Of a stretch of DNA of 64,000 nt, positions 23,826-35,800 are shown piece after piece. The translations under genes and the position numbers were made by a program. Under the pieces are notes generated by a model. That model was not told the DNA's origin and ran no database searches. It was given only the letters and a program-made list of their open reading frames with translations. Every line of letters begins with the position of its first letter. Positions within the stretch are counted from its first letter, which is position 1. The DNA comes from the human T2T-CHM13v2.0 reference genome, Homo sapiens, in NCBI RefSeq assembly GCF_009914755.1, contig NC_060945.1; one strand, 5' to 3'.

Positions 23826-26800
23826 CTGTCTAGTTTTTATGTGGAGATATTCCCGTTTCGAACGAAGGCCTCAAAGTGCTACAAATGACAACTTGCAGAT
23901 TCTGCAAAAAGAGTGTTTCAAAACTGTTCTATGAAAAGAAATGTTCAACTCTGAGAGTTGAATGCAAACGTCACAAAGAAGTTTCTGAGAATGCTTCTGT
24001 CTGGTTTTTATGTGAAGATATTACCGTTTCCAACGAAAGCCTCAAAGATGTCCTAATATCCACTTATGAATTCTACAAGAAGTGTTTCAAAAGTGCTCTT
24101 TCAAAGGAAAGGTTTAACACTGTGAGTTGAGTACACACATCACAAAGCAGTTTCTTAGCATGCTTCTGTCTAGTTTTTATGTGAAGATATTTCCTTTTTC
24201 ACCATAGGCCTCAAAGCGCTCCAAATGTCCACTTCCAAATACTGCAAAAAGAGTGTTACAAAACTACTCTATGAAAGGGAATGTTCAACTCTGTGAGTTG
24301 AATGCAAACATCACAAAGAAGTTTCTGAGAACGCTTCTGTCTAGTTTTTATGTGAAGATATTCCCGTTTCGAACGAAGGCCACAAAGCTCTCCAAATGTC
24401 CACCTGCAGATTCCAGAAAACGAGTGTTTCAAATCTCCTCTATCAAAAAAATTGTTAAACTCTGTGAGTTGAGTACACATATCACAAAGAAGTTTCTGTG
24501 AATTCTTGTGTGTAATTTTTATGGGAAGATATTTCCTTTATCACAATACACCTCAAAGAGCTCCAAACGTCCACTTGCAGATTCTACAAAAAGTGTGTTT
24601 CAAAACTGCCCTATGAAAAGGAATGTTCAACTCCATGAGTTGAATGCAAACATCAAAAAGAAGTTTCTGAGAATGCTTCTTTCTAGTTTTTATGTGAGGA
24701 TATTCCCGTTTCCACGGAAATCCTCAAAGCTATCCAAATATCCACTTGCAGATACTACAAAAAGATTGTTTCAAAATTGGTCTATCAAAATAAAGTTCAA
24801 CTCTGTGAATTGAGTACACACATCACAAAGAAGTCTCTGATAATTCTTCTGACTAGTTTTTATGTGAAGATATTTCCTTTTTCACCATAGGCCTCAAATC
24901 GCTCCAAATGTCCACTTCCAGATACTACAAAAAGTGTGTTTCAAAACTGCTCTATGTAAGGGAATTTTCAAATCTGTGAGTTGAATGCAAACATCACAAA
25001 GAAGTTTCTGAGAATGCTTCTGTCTAGTTTTTATGTGAAGGCATTCCCGTTTCCTACGAAATCCTCAAAGCTATCCAAATATCCTCTTGCAGATTCTACA
25101 AAAAGCGTGTTTCAAAACTGCTCTATCAAAAGAAAAGTTCAACTCTGTGAGTTGAGTACACACCTCACAAAGAAGTTTCTGAGAATTTTTATGTCTATTT
25201 TTTATGGGAAGATATTTCCTTTTTTATCATAGACCTCAAAGCCCTCCAAGTTTCCACTTACACATTCTACAAAAAGTGTTTCAAAACTGCTCTATGAAAA
25301 GGAATTTTCAATTCTGTGAGTTGAATGGAAGCATCACAAAGAAGTTTCTTACAATGCTTCTGTGTGGTTTTTATGTGAAGATATACCCGTTTCCAGTGAA
25401 GGCCTCCAATCTCTCCAAATATCCACTTCCAAATTCTACAAAAAGATTGTTTCCAATCTCCTCTATCAAAAGAAAATTTCAACTCTGTGAGTTGAATGCA
25501 CACATCACAAAAAAGTTTCTGAGAATGCTTCTGTCTAGTTTTTTGTGAAGATAATCCCGTTTCCAAAGAAATCCTCAATGCTGTCTTAATATCCACTTGT
25601 AAATTCTACAAGAAGAGTGTTTCAAAACTGCTGTATCAAAAGAAAGGTTTAACTCTGTGAGTTGAGTACACACATCACAAAGTAGTTTCTGAGAATGCTT
25701 CTGTCTACTTTTTATGTGAAGATATTTCCTTTTTCACCATAGGTCTCAAATCTCTCCAAATATCCACTTGCATATTCCTCAAAAAGAGTGTTTCAAAACT
25801 GCTCTATGAAAAGGAACGTTCAACTCTGTGAAATGAATGCAAGCATCACAAATAAGTCTCTGAGAATGCTTCTCTCTAGTTTTTATATGAAGATATTCCC
25901 GTTTCCAACGAAATCCTCAAAGCTATCCAAATATCCACTTGCACACTTGACAAAAAGAGTGTTTCAAAATTGCAGTATCAAAAGAAAAGTTCAAATCTGT
26001 GAATTGAGTACACACATCAGACAGAAGTATCTGAGAATTCTTCTGTCTAGTTTTTATTGGAAGATATTTCCTTTTTCATCATATGCATCAAAGAGCTCCA
26101 TGTTTCCACTTACAGATCCTTCAAAAAGAGTGTTTCAAAACTGCTCTATGAAAAGGAATGTTCAACTCTGTGAGTTAAATAAAAGCATCAAAAAAAAGTT
26201 TCTGAGAATGCTTCTGTCTAGTTTTTATGTGAAGATATTTCCATTTTCTCTATAAGCCTCAAAGCTGTCCAAATGTCCACTTGCAGATACTACAAAAAGA
26301 GTGTTTCAAAAGTGCTCAATGAAAAGGAATGTTCAGCTCTGTGAGTTAAATGCAAACATCACAAATAAGTTTCTGAGAATGCTTCTGTCTAGTTTTTATG
26401 GGAAGATAATTCCGTGTCCAGCGAAGGCTTCAAAGCTTTCAAAATATCCACTTGCAAATTCTACAAAAAGAGTGTTTCAAAGCTGCTTTATCAAAAGAAA
26501 GTTTCAACTCTGTGAGTTGAATGTGCACATCACAAAGAAGTTTCTGAGAATGCCTTCAGTCTGGTTTTTATGTGAAGATATTCCCTTTTCCAACGAAAGC
26601 CTCGAAGCTGTCCAAATATCCACTTGTAAGTGCTGCAAAAAGAGTGTTTCAAAACTGCTACAGCAAAAGAAAGGTTTATCTCTGTGAGTTGAGTAGACAC
26701 ATCAAGAAGAAATTTCTGAGAATGCTTCTGTCTAGTTTTTATGTGAAGATATTTCCTTTGTCACCATAGGCCTCCAAGCCCTCCAAATGTCCACTTGCAG

Positions 26801-29800
26801 ATGCTACAAAAAGAGTGTTTCAAAACTGCTGTATGAAAAGAAATGCTCAAATCTGTGAGATAAATGCATACATCACAAAGAAGTCTTTGAGAATGCTTCT
26901 GTCTAGTTTTTATGTTAAGATATTTCCTATTTCACCATACGTCTCAACGCACACAAAATGTACACTTGCAGATGCTACAAAGAGAGTGTTTCAAAACTTG
27001 TAGATCAAAACAAGTGTTCAACTTTGTGAGTTGAGGACACACATCTGAAAGAAGTTTCTGAGAATGCTTCTGTCTAGTTTTTATGTGAAGATATTCCCGT
27101 TTCCAGCGAAAGCCCCAAAACTATCCAAATATCCACTTGCACATTCTACAAAAAGAGTGTTTCAAATCTGCTCTATCAAAATAAAGGTTCAACTCTGTGA
27201 GTTGACTACACACATCACAAAGAAGTTTCTAAGAATGCTTCTGTCTGGTTTTTATGGGAAGATATTTCCTTTTTCAACATAGGCCTTGCAGCATCTACAA
27301 AAAGAGTTTTTCAAAACTCCTCTAAGAAAAGGAATGTTCAACTCCATGAGTTTAATGCAAAGATCACAAAGAAGTTTCTGAGAATGCTTCTGTCTAGTTT
27401 TAACCTGAAGACAGTTCCGTTTCCAGTGAAGGCTTGAAAGCTGTCCAAATATCCACATGCAAATTCTCAAAACGAGTGTTTAAAAGCTGCTCTATCACTA
27501 GAAAGTTTCACCTCTGTGAGCTGAATGCACACAGAAGTTTCTGAGAATGCTTCTGTCTGGTTTTTATGTGAAGATATTCCCGTTTCCAACCAAAGCCTCA
27601 AAGCTGTCCAAATATCCATTTGCAGATCCTACAGGGAGAGTGTTTCAAAACTGCTCTATAAAAAGAAAGGTTCTACTCTGTGAGTGGAGTACACACATCA
27701 CAAAGAAGTTTCTGAGAATGCTTCTGTCTAGTTTTTATGTGAAAATAGTTCGTTCTCCAAAATAGTCCTCAAAGCGCTCCAAATGTCCACTTGCAGATTC
27801 TACAAAAAGAGTGTTTCAAAACTGCTCTATGAAAAGGAATGTTCAACTCTGTGAGCTGAATGCAACCATCACAAAGAATTTTCTGAGAATGATTCTAATT
27901 ATTATGTGAAGATATTCCCGTTTCGAACGAAGGCCTCAAAGCGCTCCAGATGTCCACTTGCAGATTCTACAAAAAGAGTGTTTCAAAACTGCCCTATGGA
28001 AAGGAGGATTCAACTCTATGAGTTGAATGCACACATCACAAATGGTTTTTGCGAATGCTTCTGTCTGCTTTTTATGTGAAGATATTTCCTTTTTCACCAT
28101 AGGCCTCAAAGAAATCCAAATATCCACTTGCAGATACTACAGAAAGATTGTTTCAAAACTTCTGTTTCGACTCTGTGAGTTGAATGCACACATCATAAAG
28201 AAGTTTCTGAGAATGCTTCTGTCTAGTTTTTTTGTGAAGATATTCCCGTTTCCAAGGAAAGCCTCAAAGCTGTCCTAATATCCACTTTTGAATTTTACAA
28301 GTAGAGTGTTTGAAAACTGCTCTGTCAAAAGAAAGGTTTAACTCTGTGTGTTGAGGGCTCACATCACAAAGAAGTTTCTGAGAATGCTTCCATCTATTTT
28401 TTATGTTAAGATATTTCCTTTTTCACCATAGGCCTCAAAGCACACCAAATGTCCACTTGCATATTGTGCAAAGAGTGTTTCAAAACTGTGCTATCAAAAG
28501 AAGCGTTCAACACTGTGAGTTGAACGCACACATCACAAAGAAGTTTCTGAGCATGCTTCTGTATAGTTTTTATGTGAAGATATTCCCGTATCCGAAGAAG
28601 GCCTCCAGGTGGTCTAAATATTTGCACATTCTACTAAAAGAGTGTTTAAAAGCTGCTGTATGATAAAGTATGTTCGAATTTGTGAGTTGAATGCACACAT
28701 CACAAAGAAGTTTCTGAGAATGCTTCTGTCTAATATTTATGTGAAGATATTACGGTTTCCAACGAAGTCCTCAAAACCGTCCAAATATCCACTTGCAGAT
28801 TTTATAAAAAGAGTGTTTCAAAGCTGCTCTATCAAAAGAAAGCTTCAACACTGTGAGTGGAATGCACACATCACAAAGTAGTTTCTGAAAATGCTGCTGT
28901 CTAGTTTTTATGTGAAGATATTCCCATTTCCAATGAAGGCCACAAAGCCGTCCAAATATCCACTTGCAGATTCCACTAAAAGAGTGTTTCGAAACTGCTC
29001 TATGATAAGGAATGTTCAACTCTGTTAATTGAAGGCAAACATCACAAAGAAGTTTCTCAGAATGCTTCTCTCTAGTTTTTGTGTGAAGATATATCCTTTT
29101 CCATCATAGGCCTCTAAGCTCTCCAAATGTCCACTTGCAGATTCTACAAAAAGAGTGTTTCAAAACTGCTCTCTCAAAAGTAAGGTTCAACTTTTTGAGT
29201 TTAATACACACATCACATAGAAGCTTCTGAGAATGCTTCCGTCTAGTGTTTGTGTTAAGATATTCCCGTTTCCAACGAAGGCTTCAAAGCGGTCAAAATA
29301 TCCTCTTGCAGATACTACAAAAAGCGTGTATCAAAACTGCTCCATGAAAAGGTATGTTCAACCCTGTGAGTTCAATGTAAACATCACAAAGAAGTTTCTG
29401 AGAATGCTTGTGTCTGTTTTTTTGTGTGAAGATGTATCCTTTTCCACCATAGTCCTCAAAGCTCTCCAAATGTGCACTTGCAGATTCTACAAAAAGTGTG
29501 TTTCAAAACTCCTCTACCAAAAGAAAGGTTCAACTCTGTGAGTTTAATGCCCAGATCACAGACAAGTTTCTTAGGATGCTTCTGTCTAATGTTTATGTGA
29601 AGATATTCCCGTTTCCAACTAAGGCCTCAAAGAAGTCCAAATATCCAATTGCAGATTCTACAAAAAGAGCATTTCAAAACCTCTCTATGAAAATTTATGT
29701 TCAACTCTTTGAGCTGAATGCAAAGATCACAAAGAAGTTTCTGAGAATTCTTCTGTCTCATTTTTATATAAAGATATTTCCTTTTCCACCATTGGCCTCA

Positions 29801-32800
29801 AACCTCTCCAAATGTCCACATACAGATTCTACAAAAAGAGTGTTTAAAACCTGCTGTATCAAAAGAAGGGATCAACTCTGTGAGATGAATGAACACATCA
29901 CAAAGAAGTTTCTGAGAATGATTCTGTCTAGTTTTTATGTGAAGATATTCCCGTTTCCAACGAAGGCCTCAAAGGGGTCCAAATATCCACCCACAGACCG
30001 TGAAAAAAGAGTGATTCAAAACTGCTCTATCAAAAGAAAGGTTCAACTCTGTGAGTTGAATTTACACATCACAAAGAAGTTTCTGAGAATGCTGCTATCT
30101 ACTCTTTATGTGAACATATTCCCATTTCCAACGAAGACCTCAAACAATTCGAAATATCCACTTGCAGATTCTACTAAAAGATTGTTTCAAAAGTGCTCTC
30201 ATAAGGAATGTTCAACTCTGTGAGGTGAAAGCAAACATCACCAAGAAGTTTCTGAGAATGCTTCTGTCTAGTTTTTATGGAAAGATATTTTCTTTTCCAC
30301 CGTAGGCCTTAAAGCGCTCCAAATGTCCACTTGCAGATCCTACAAAAAGAGTGTCTCAAAAGTGCTCTCATAAGGAATGTTCAACTCTGTGAGGTGAAAG
30401 CAAACATCACCAAGAAGTTTCTGAGAATGCTTCTGTCTAGTTTTTATGGGAAGATATTTCCTTTTCCACCGTAGGCCTTAAAGCGCTCCAAATGTCCACT
30501 TGCAGATCCTACAAAAAGAGTGTCTCAAACCTACTCTCTCAAAAGAAAGGTTCAACTGTGTGAGTTGAATACACACGGCACAAAGAAGTTTCTGAGAAAG
30601 ATTCTGTCTAGCGATTATGTGAAGATATTCCCGTTTCCAACAAAGGCTTGTAAGTGGTCCAAATATCCACTTGCAGATTCTACTAAAAGAGTGTTTCTAA
30701 ACAGCTCTATGATAAGATATGCTTAACTCTGTGAGTTGAGAACAAACATCACAAAGAAGTTTCTGAGAATGCTTCTGTCTAGTTTTTATGTGAAGATATT
30801 TCCTTTCCCACCATAGGCCTCAAAGTGCTCCAAATGTCAACTTGGAGATTATGCAAAAAGAGTGTTTCCAACCTGCTCTATCAAAAGAAATGTTCAACTC
30901 TGTGAGATGAAAGCACATATCACAGAGAAGTTTCTGAGAATTCTTCTGTCTGGTTTTAATATGAAGATATTTCCTTTTCCACCATAGGATTCAAAGCTCT
31001 CCAAATGTCCACTTGCAGATTCTACAAAAAGAGTGTCTCAAAACTGCTCTATCAAAAGAAAGGGTCAAATCTGTGGGTTGAATGCACACATCACAAAGAA
31101 GTTTCTGGGAATGCATCTTTCTAGTTTTTATGTGAAGATATTCCCGTATCCAATGAAGGCCTCAAAGCAGTCCACATATCCACTTGCAGATTCTGCAAAA
31201 AGTGTTTCAAAACTGCTCTATCAAAAGAAATGTTCAACTCTGTGAGTTGAATGTACACATCACAAGGAAGTTTCTGAGACTGCTGCTGTCTAGTATTTAT
31301 GTGAAGATATTCCCGTTTCCAATGAAGGCCTCTAGGCGTTCCAAATATCCACTTGCAGATTCTCCTGAAGGAGTTTTTCAAAAATGCCCTGTGATAAAGT
31401 ATGACCAATTCTGTGAGTTGAATGCAAACATCAGAAAGAAGTTTCTGAGAATGCTTCTGTATAGTTTTGATGTGAAGATATTTCTTTTTCCACCATAGGC
31501 CTCAAAGCTCTCCAAATGTCCACATGCAGATTCCACGCAAAGAGTGTTGCAAACCTGCTCTATCAAAAGAAAGGTTCAGCTCTGTGAGTTGAATGCAAAC
31601 ATCACAAAGAAGTTTCTGAGAAGGCTTCTGTCTAGCATTTCTGTGAAGATACACCCGTTTCCAATGAAGGCCTCAAAGCGGTCGAAATATCCACTTGCAG
31701 ATTCTCCAAAAAGTGTTTCAAACCTGCTCTATCAAAAGCAAGGTTCAACTCTGTGAGATGAATGCACACATCACAAAGAAATTTCTGAGAATGCTTCTGT
31801 TTAGTTTTTATGCGATGATATTTCCTTTTCTACCAGAGGCCTCAAGCTCTCCAAATGTCCAAAAGCAGATTTTACAAAAAGAGTGTTTCAAAACTGCTCC
31901 ATCAAAAGGAAGGTTCAACTCTGTGAGTTGAATGCAAACATCACAAAGAAGTTTCTGAAAATGCTTCTGTCTAGTGTTTATATGAAGATATACCCGTTTC
32001 TAACGAAGGCCTCAAAGCAGTCCAAATATCCACTAGCAGAATCTACAAAAAGAGTGTTTCAAACCTGCTCTATCAAAAGAAAGGTTCAACTCTGCCAATG
32101 GAATGCACACATCACTAAGGAGTTTTTGAGAATGCTTCTGTCAAGTGTTTATGTGAAGATATTCACGTTGCCACGAAGGCCTCAAAGCGGTCCAAATATC
32201 CACTTGCAAATTCTACTGAAAGAGTGTTTCAACACTGCTCTATGATAAGGTATGTTCAACTCTGTGAGTTGAATGCAAACATCACAAAGAAGTTTCTGAG
32301 AATGCTTCCGTCTAGTTTTTATATGAAGACATTTCCTTTTCCAACATAGGCCTCAAACCGCCCCAAATGTCCACTTGCAGATTCTACAAAAAGAGGGTTT
32401 TAAACCCGCTCTATCAAAAGAAAGGTTCAACTCCGTGAGTTGACTCCACACAGCACAAAGAAGTTTCTGAGAATGCTTCTATCTCGTGATTATGTGACGA
32501 TATTCTCCTTTCCATTGAAGGCCTCAAAGCAGTCCAAATATCTATTTGCAGATTCTACTAAAAGACTGTTTCAAAACTGCTCTAGATAAAGTATGTTCAA
32601 CTCTGTGAGTTGAATGCAAACATCACAAAATAGTTTCCGAGAATGCTTCTGTCTAGTTTTTATGTGAAGATATTTCCTTTTCCACCCTAGGCCTCAAAGC
32701 GCTCCAAATGTACACTTGCTGATTCTGCAAAAAGAGTGTTTCAAACCTGCTCTATGAAAAGGAAGGTTCAACTCTGTGAGTTGAATGCACACATCACTAA

Positions 32801-35800
32801 GAAGTTTCTGAGAATGCTTCTGTCTAGTGTTTATGTGATGATATTCCCGTTTCCAACGATGGCCTCAAATTAGTCCAAATATCCCCTTGCAGATTCCTCT
32901 ATAAGAGTGCTTCAAAACTACTCTATGATAAGGTATGTTCAACTCTGTGAGTTGAATGCACACATCACAAAGTAGCTTCTCAGAATGCTTCTATCTAGTA
33001 TTTACATGAAGCTATTCCCTTTTCCAATGAAGGCCTCAAAGAGGTCCAAATTTCCACTTGCAGATTCTACTAAAAGAGTATTTCAAAACTGCTCTATGAT
33101 AAAGTCTGTTCAACTCCGTGAGTTGAATGCACACATCACAAAGCAGTTTCTCAGAATGCTTCTGTCAAATTTTTATGTTAAGGTATTTTCTTTTCAACTT
33201 TAGGCCTCAAAGCAATCCAAATGTCCACTTGTAGTTTCTGCAAAAGAGTGTTTCAAACCTGCTCTATCAAAATAAAGGTTAAACTCTGTGAGTTTAATGC
33301 ACACATCACAAAGAAGTTTCTGAGAATGCTTTGGTCTAGTTTTTATGTGAAGATACTCTCCTTTCCAACAAAGGCATGAAAGCAGTTCAATTACCCACAT
33401 GCAGATACTACTAAAAGAGTGTTTCAAAACTGCTCTGTGATAAAGTTTGTTCAACTCTGAGAGTTGAATGAAAACGTCACAAAGAAGTTTCTGAGAATGC
33501 TTCTGTGTAGTTTTTGTGAGAAGATATTCCGTTTTCCACCATTGGAATAGAAGCGCTACAAATGTCCACTTGCAGATCCTGCAAAAAGTGTGTTTCATAC
33601 CTGCTCTATGAAAAGGAAGGTTCAACTTGGTGAGTTAAATGCACGCATCACAAAGAAGTTTCTGAGAATGCTTCTGTCTAGTTTTTGTGTGAAGTTATTT
33701 CCTTTCCCACCATATGCCTCAAAACTCTCCAAATGCACACATGCAGATTCTGCAAAAAGAGTGTTTCAAACGTGCACTATCAAAAGTTCATCTCTGTGAG
33801 TTGAATGCACACATCACAAAGAAGTTTCTGAGAATGCTTCTGTCTAGTTTTTATGTGAAGGTATTCCTGTTTCTAATGAAGACCTCAAATCGGTCCAAAT
33901 ATCCACTTGCAGATTCTCCAAAAAGAGTGTTTCAAAACTGCTCTATGATAAGGAAAGTTCAACTGTGTCAGTTGAATGCAAACATCACAAAGAAGTTTCA
34001 TAGAATGCTTCTGTCTAGTTTTTATGAGAAGATATTTCATTTTCCACAATAGGCCTCAAAGCACCCCAAATGTCAAGTTTCAGATTCTACAAAAAGAGTG
34101 TTTCAAACCTGCTCTAGGATAAAGTATGTTCAACTCTGAGAATTGAAGGCAAACAACAAAAAGAAGTTTCTGAGAATGCTGCTGTTTAGTATTAATATGA
34201 AGATATTTCCTTTTCCACCATAGGCATCAAATCGCTCATAATGTCCACTTGCAGATTCTGCAAAAAGAGTGTTAAACCTGCTCTATCAATAGAAAGGGTC
34301 AACTCTCTGAGTTGAATGCACACATCAAAAAGCATTTTCCTAGAATGCTTCTGTCTAGTTTTTATGTGAAGAAACTACTGTTTCCAGGGAAGGCCTCAAA
34401 GCTGTCCAAATATCCACTTGCAAATTCTACAAAAAGAGTGTTTCAAATCTGCTCCATCAAAAGAAAATTTCAACTCTGTGAGTTGAATGCACACAGCACA
34501 AAGAAGTTTTTGAGAAAGCTTCATTGTGTGAAGATACTCCCGTTTCCAACGAAGACCTCAAAGCAGTCCAATTATACACTTGCAGATACTACAAAAAGAG
34601 TGTTTCAAAACTGATCTATGATAAAGTATGTTAAACTCTTGAGAGTTGAATGCAAAAGTCACAAATAAGTTTATGAGAATGCTTCTGTCTAGTTTTTATG
34701 TGAAGATATTTCCTTTTCCTCCATAGGACACAAAGCACTCCTAATGTCCACTTGTAGATTCTGCAAAAGAGTGTTTCAAACCTGCTCTATAAAAAAAAAA
34801 GGTTCAACTCTGCGAGTTGGATACACACAGCACAAAGAACTTTCTGTGAAAGCATCATTATGTAAAGATACTCCCGTTTCCAACGAAGGCCTCAAAGCCC
34901 TCCAATTATCCACTTGCAGATACTACTAAAAGAGTGTTTCAAAACTGCTGTATGATAAAGTATGTTAGACTCTGAGAGGTGAATGCAAACGTCACAAATA
35001 AGTTTATGAGAATGCTTCTGTCTAGTTTTTATGTGAAGATATATCCTTTTCCACCATAAGCCTCAAAGAGCTCCACATGTCCACTTGCGGATCCTGCAAA
35101 AAGAGTGTTTCAACCCTGCTCTATGAAAAGGAAGGTTCAACTCTGTGAGTTGAATGGACACATCAAAAAGTAGTTTCTGAGAATGCTTCTGTCTAGTTTT
35201 TATGTGAAGATATTGCAGTTTCCAATGAAGGCCTCAAAGCGGTCCAAATATCCACTTGCAGATTCTACGAAAATAGTGTTTCAAAACTACTCTATGAAAA
35301 GGGAGGTTCAACTCTGTGAGTTGAATGCAAACATCACAAAGAAGTTTCTGACATTGCTTCTGTCTAGTTTTTATTTATAGACATTTCCTTTTCCACCATA
35401 GGCCTCCAAGCTCTCCAAATGTCTGCTTGCAGATTCTACAAAAAAAGTGCTTCAAACCTGCTCTATCAAAAGAAAGGTTCAATTTTGTGACTGGAATGCA
35501 CACATCACAAAGAGGTTTCTGAGAATAATTTTGTCTAGTGTTTATGTGAAGATATCCCCTTTTCCAACGAAGGCCTCAAAGCGGTTCAAATATCCACTTG
35601 CAGATTCTACAAAGAGAGTGTTTCAAACCTGCTCTATCAAAAGGAAGGTTCAACTCTGTGAGTTGAATGCACACAGTTCAAAAAAGTTTTTGAGAAAGCT
35701 TCTGTCTAGTGATTATGTGAAGATATTCCCCTTTCCAACAAAGGTCTCAAAGTGGTCCAAATATTCACTTGCAGATTCTACAAAAAGAGTGTTTCAAAAC

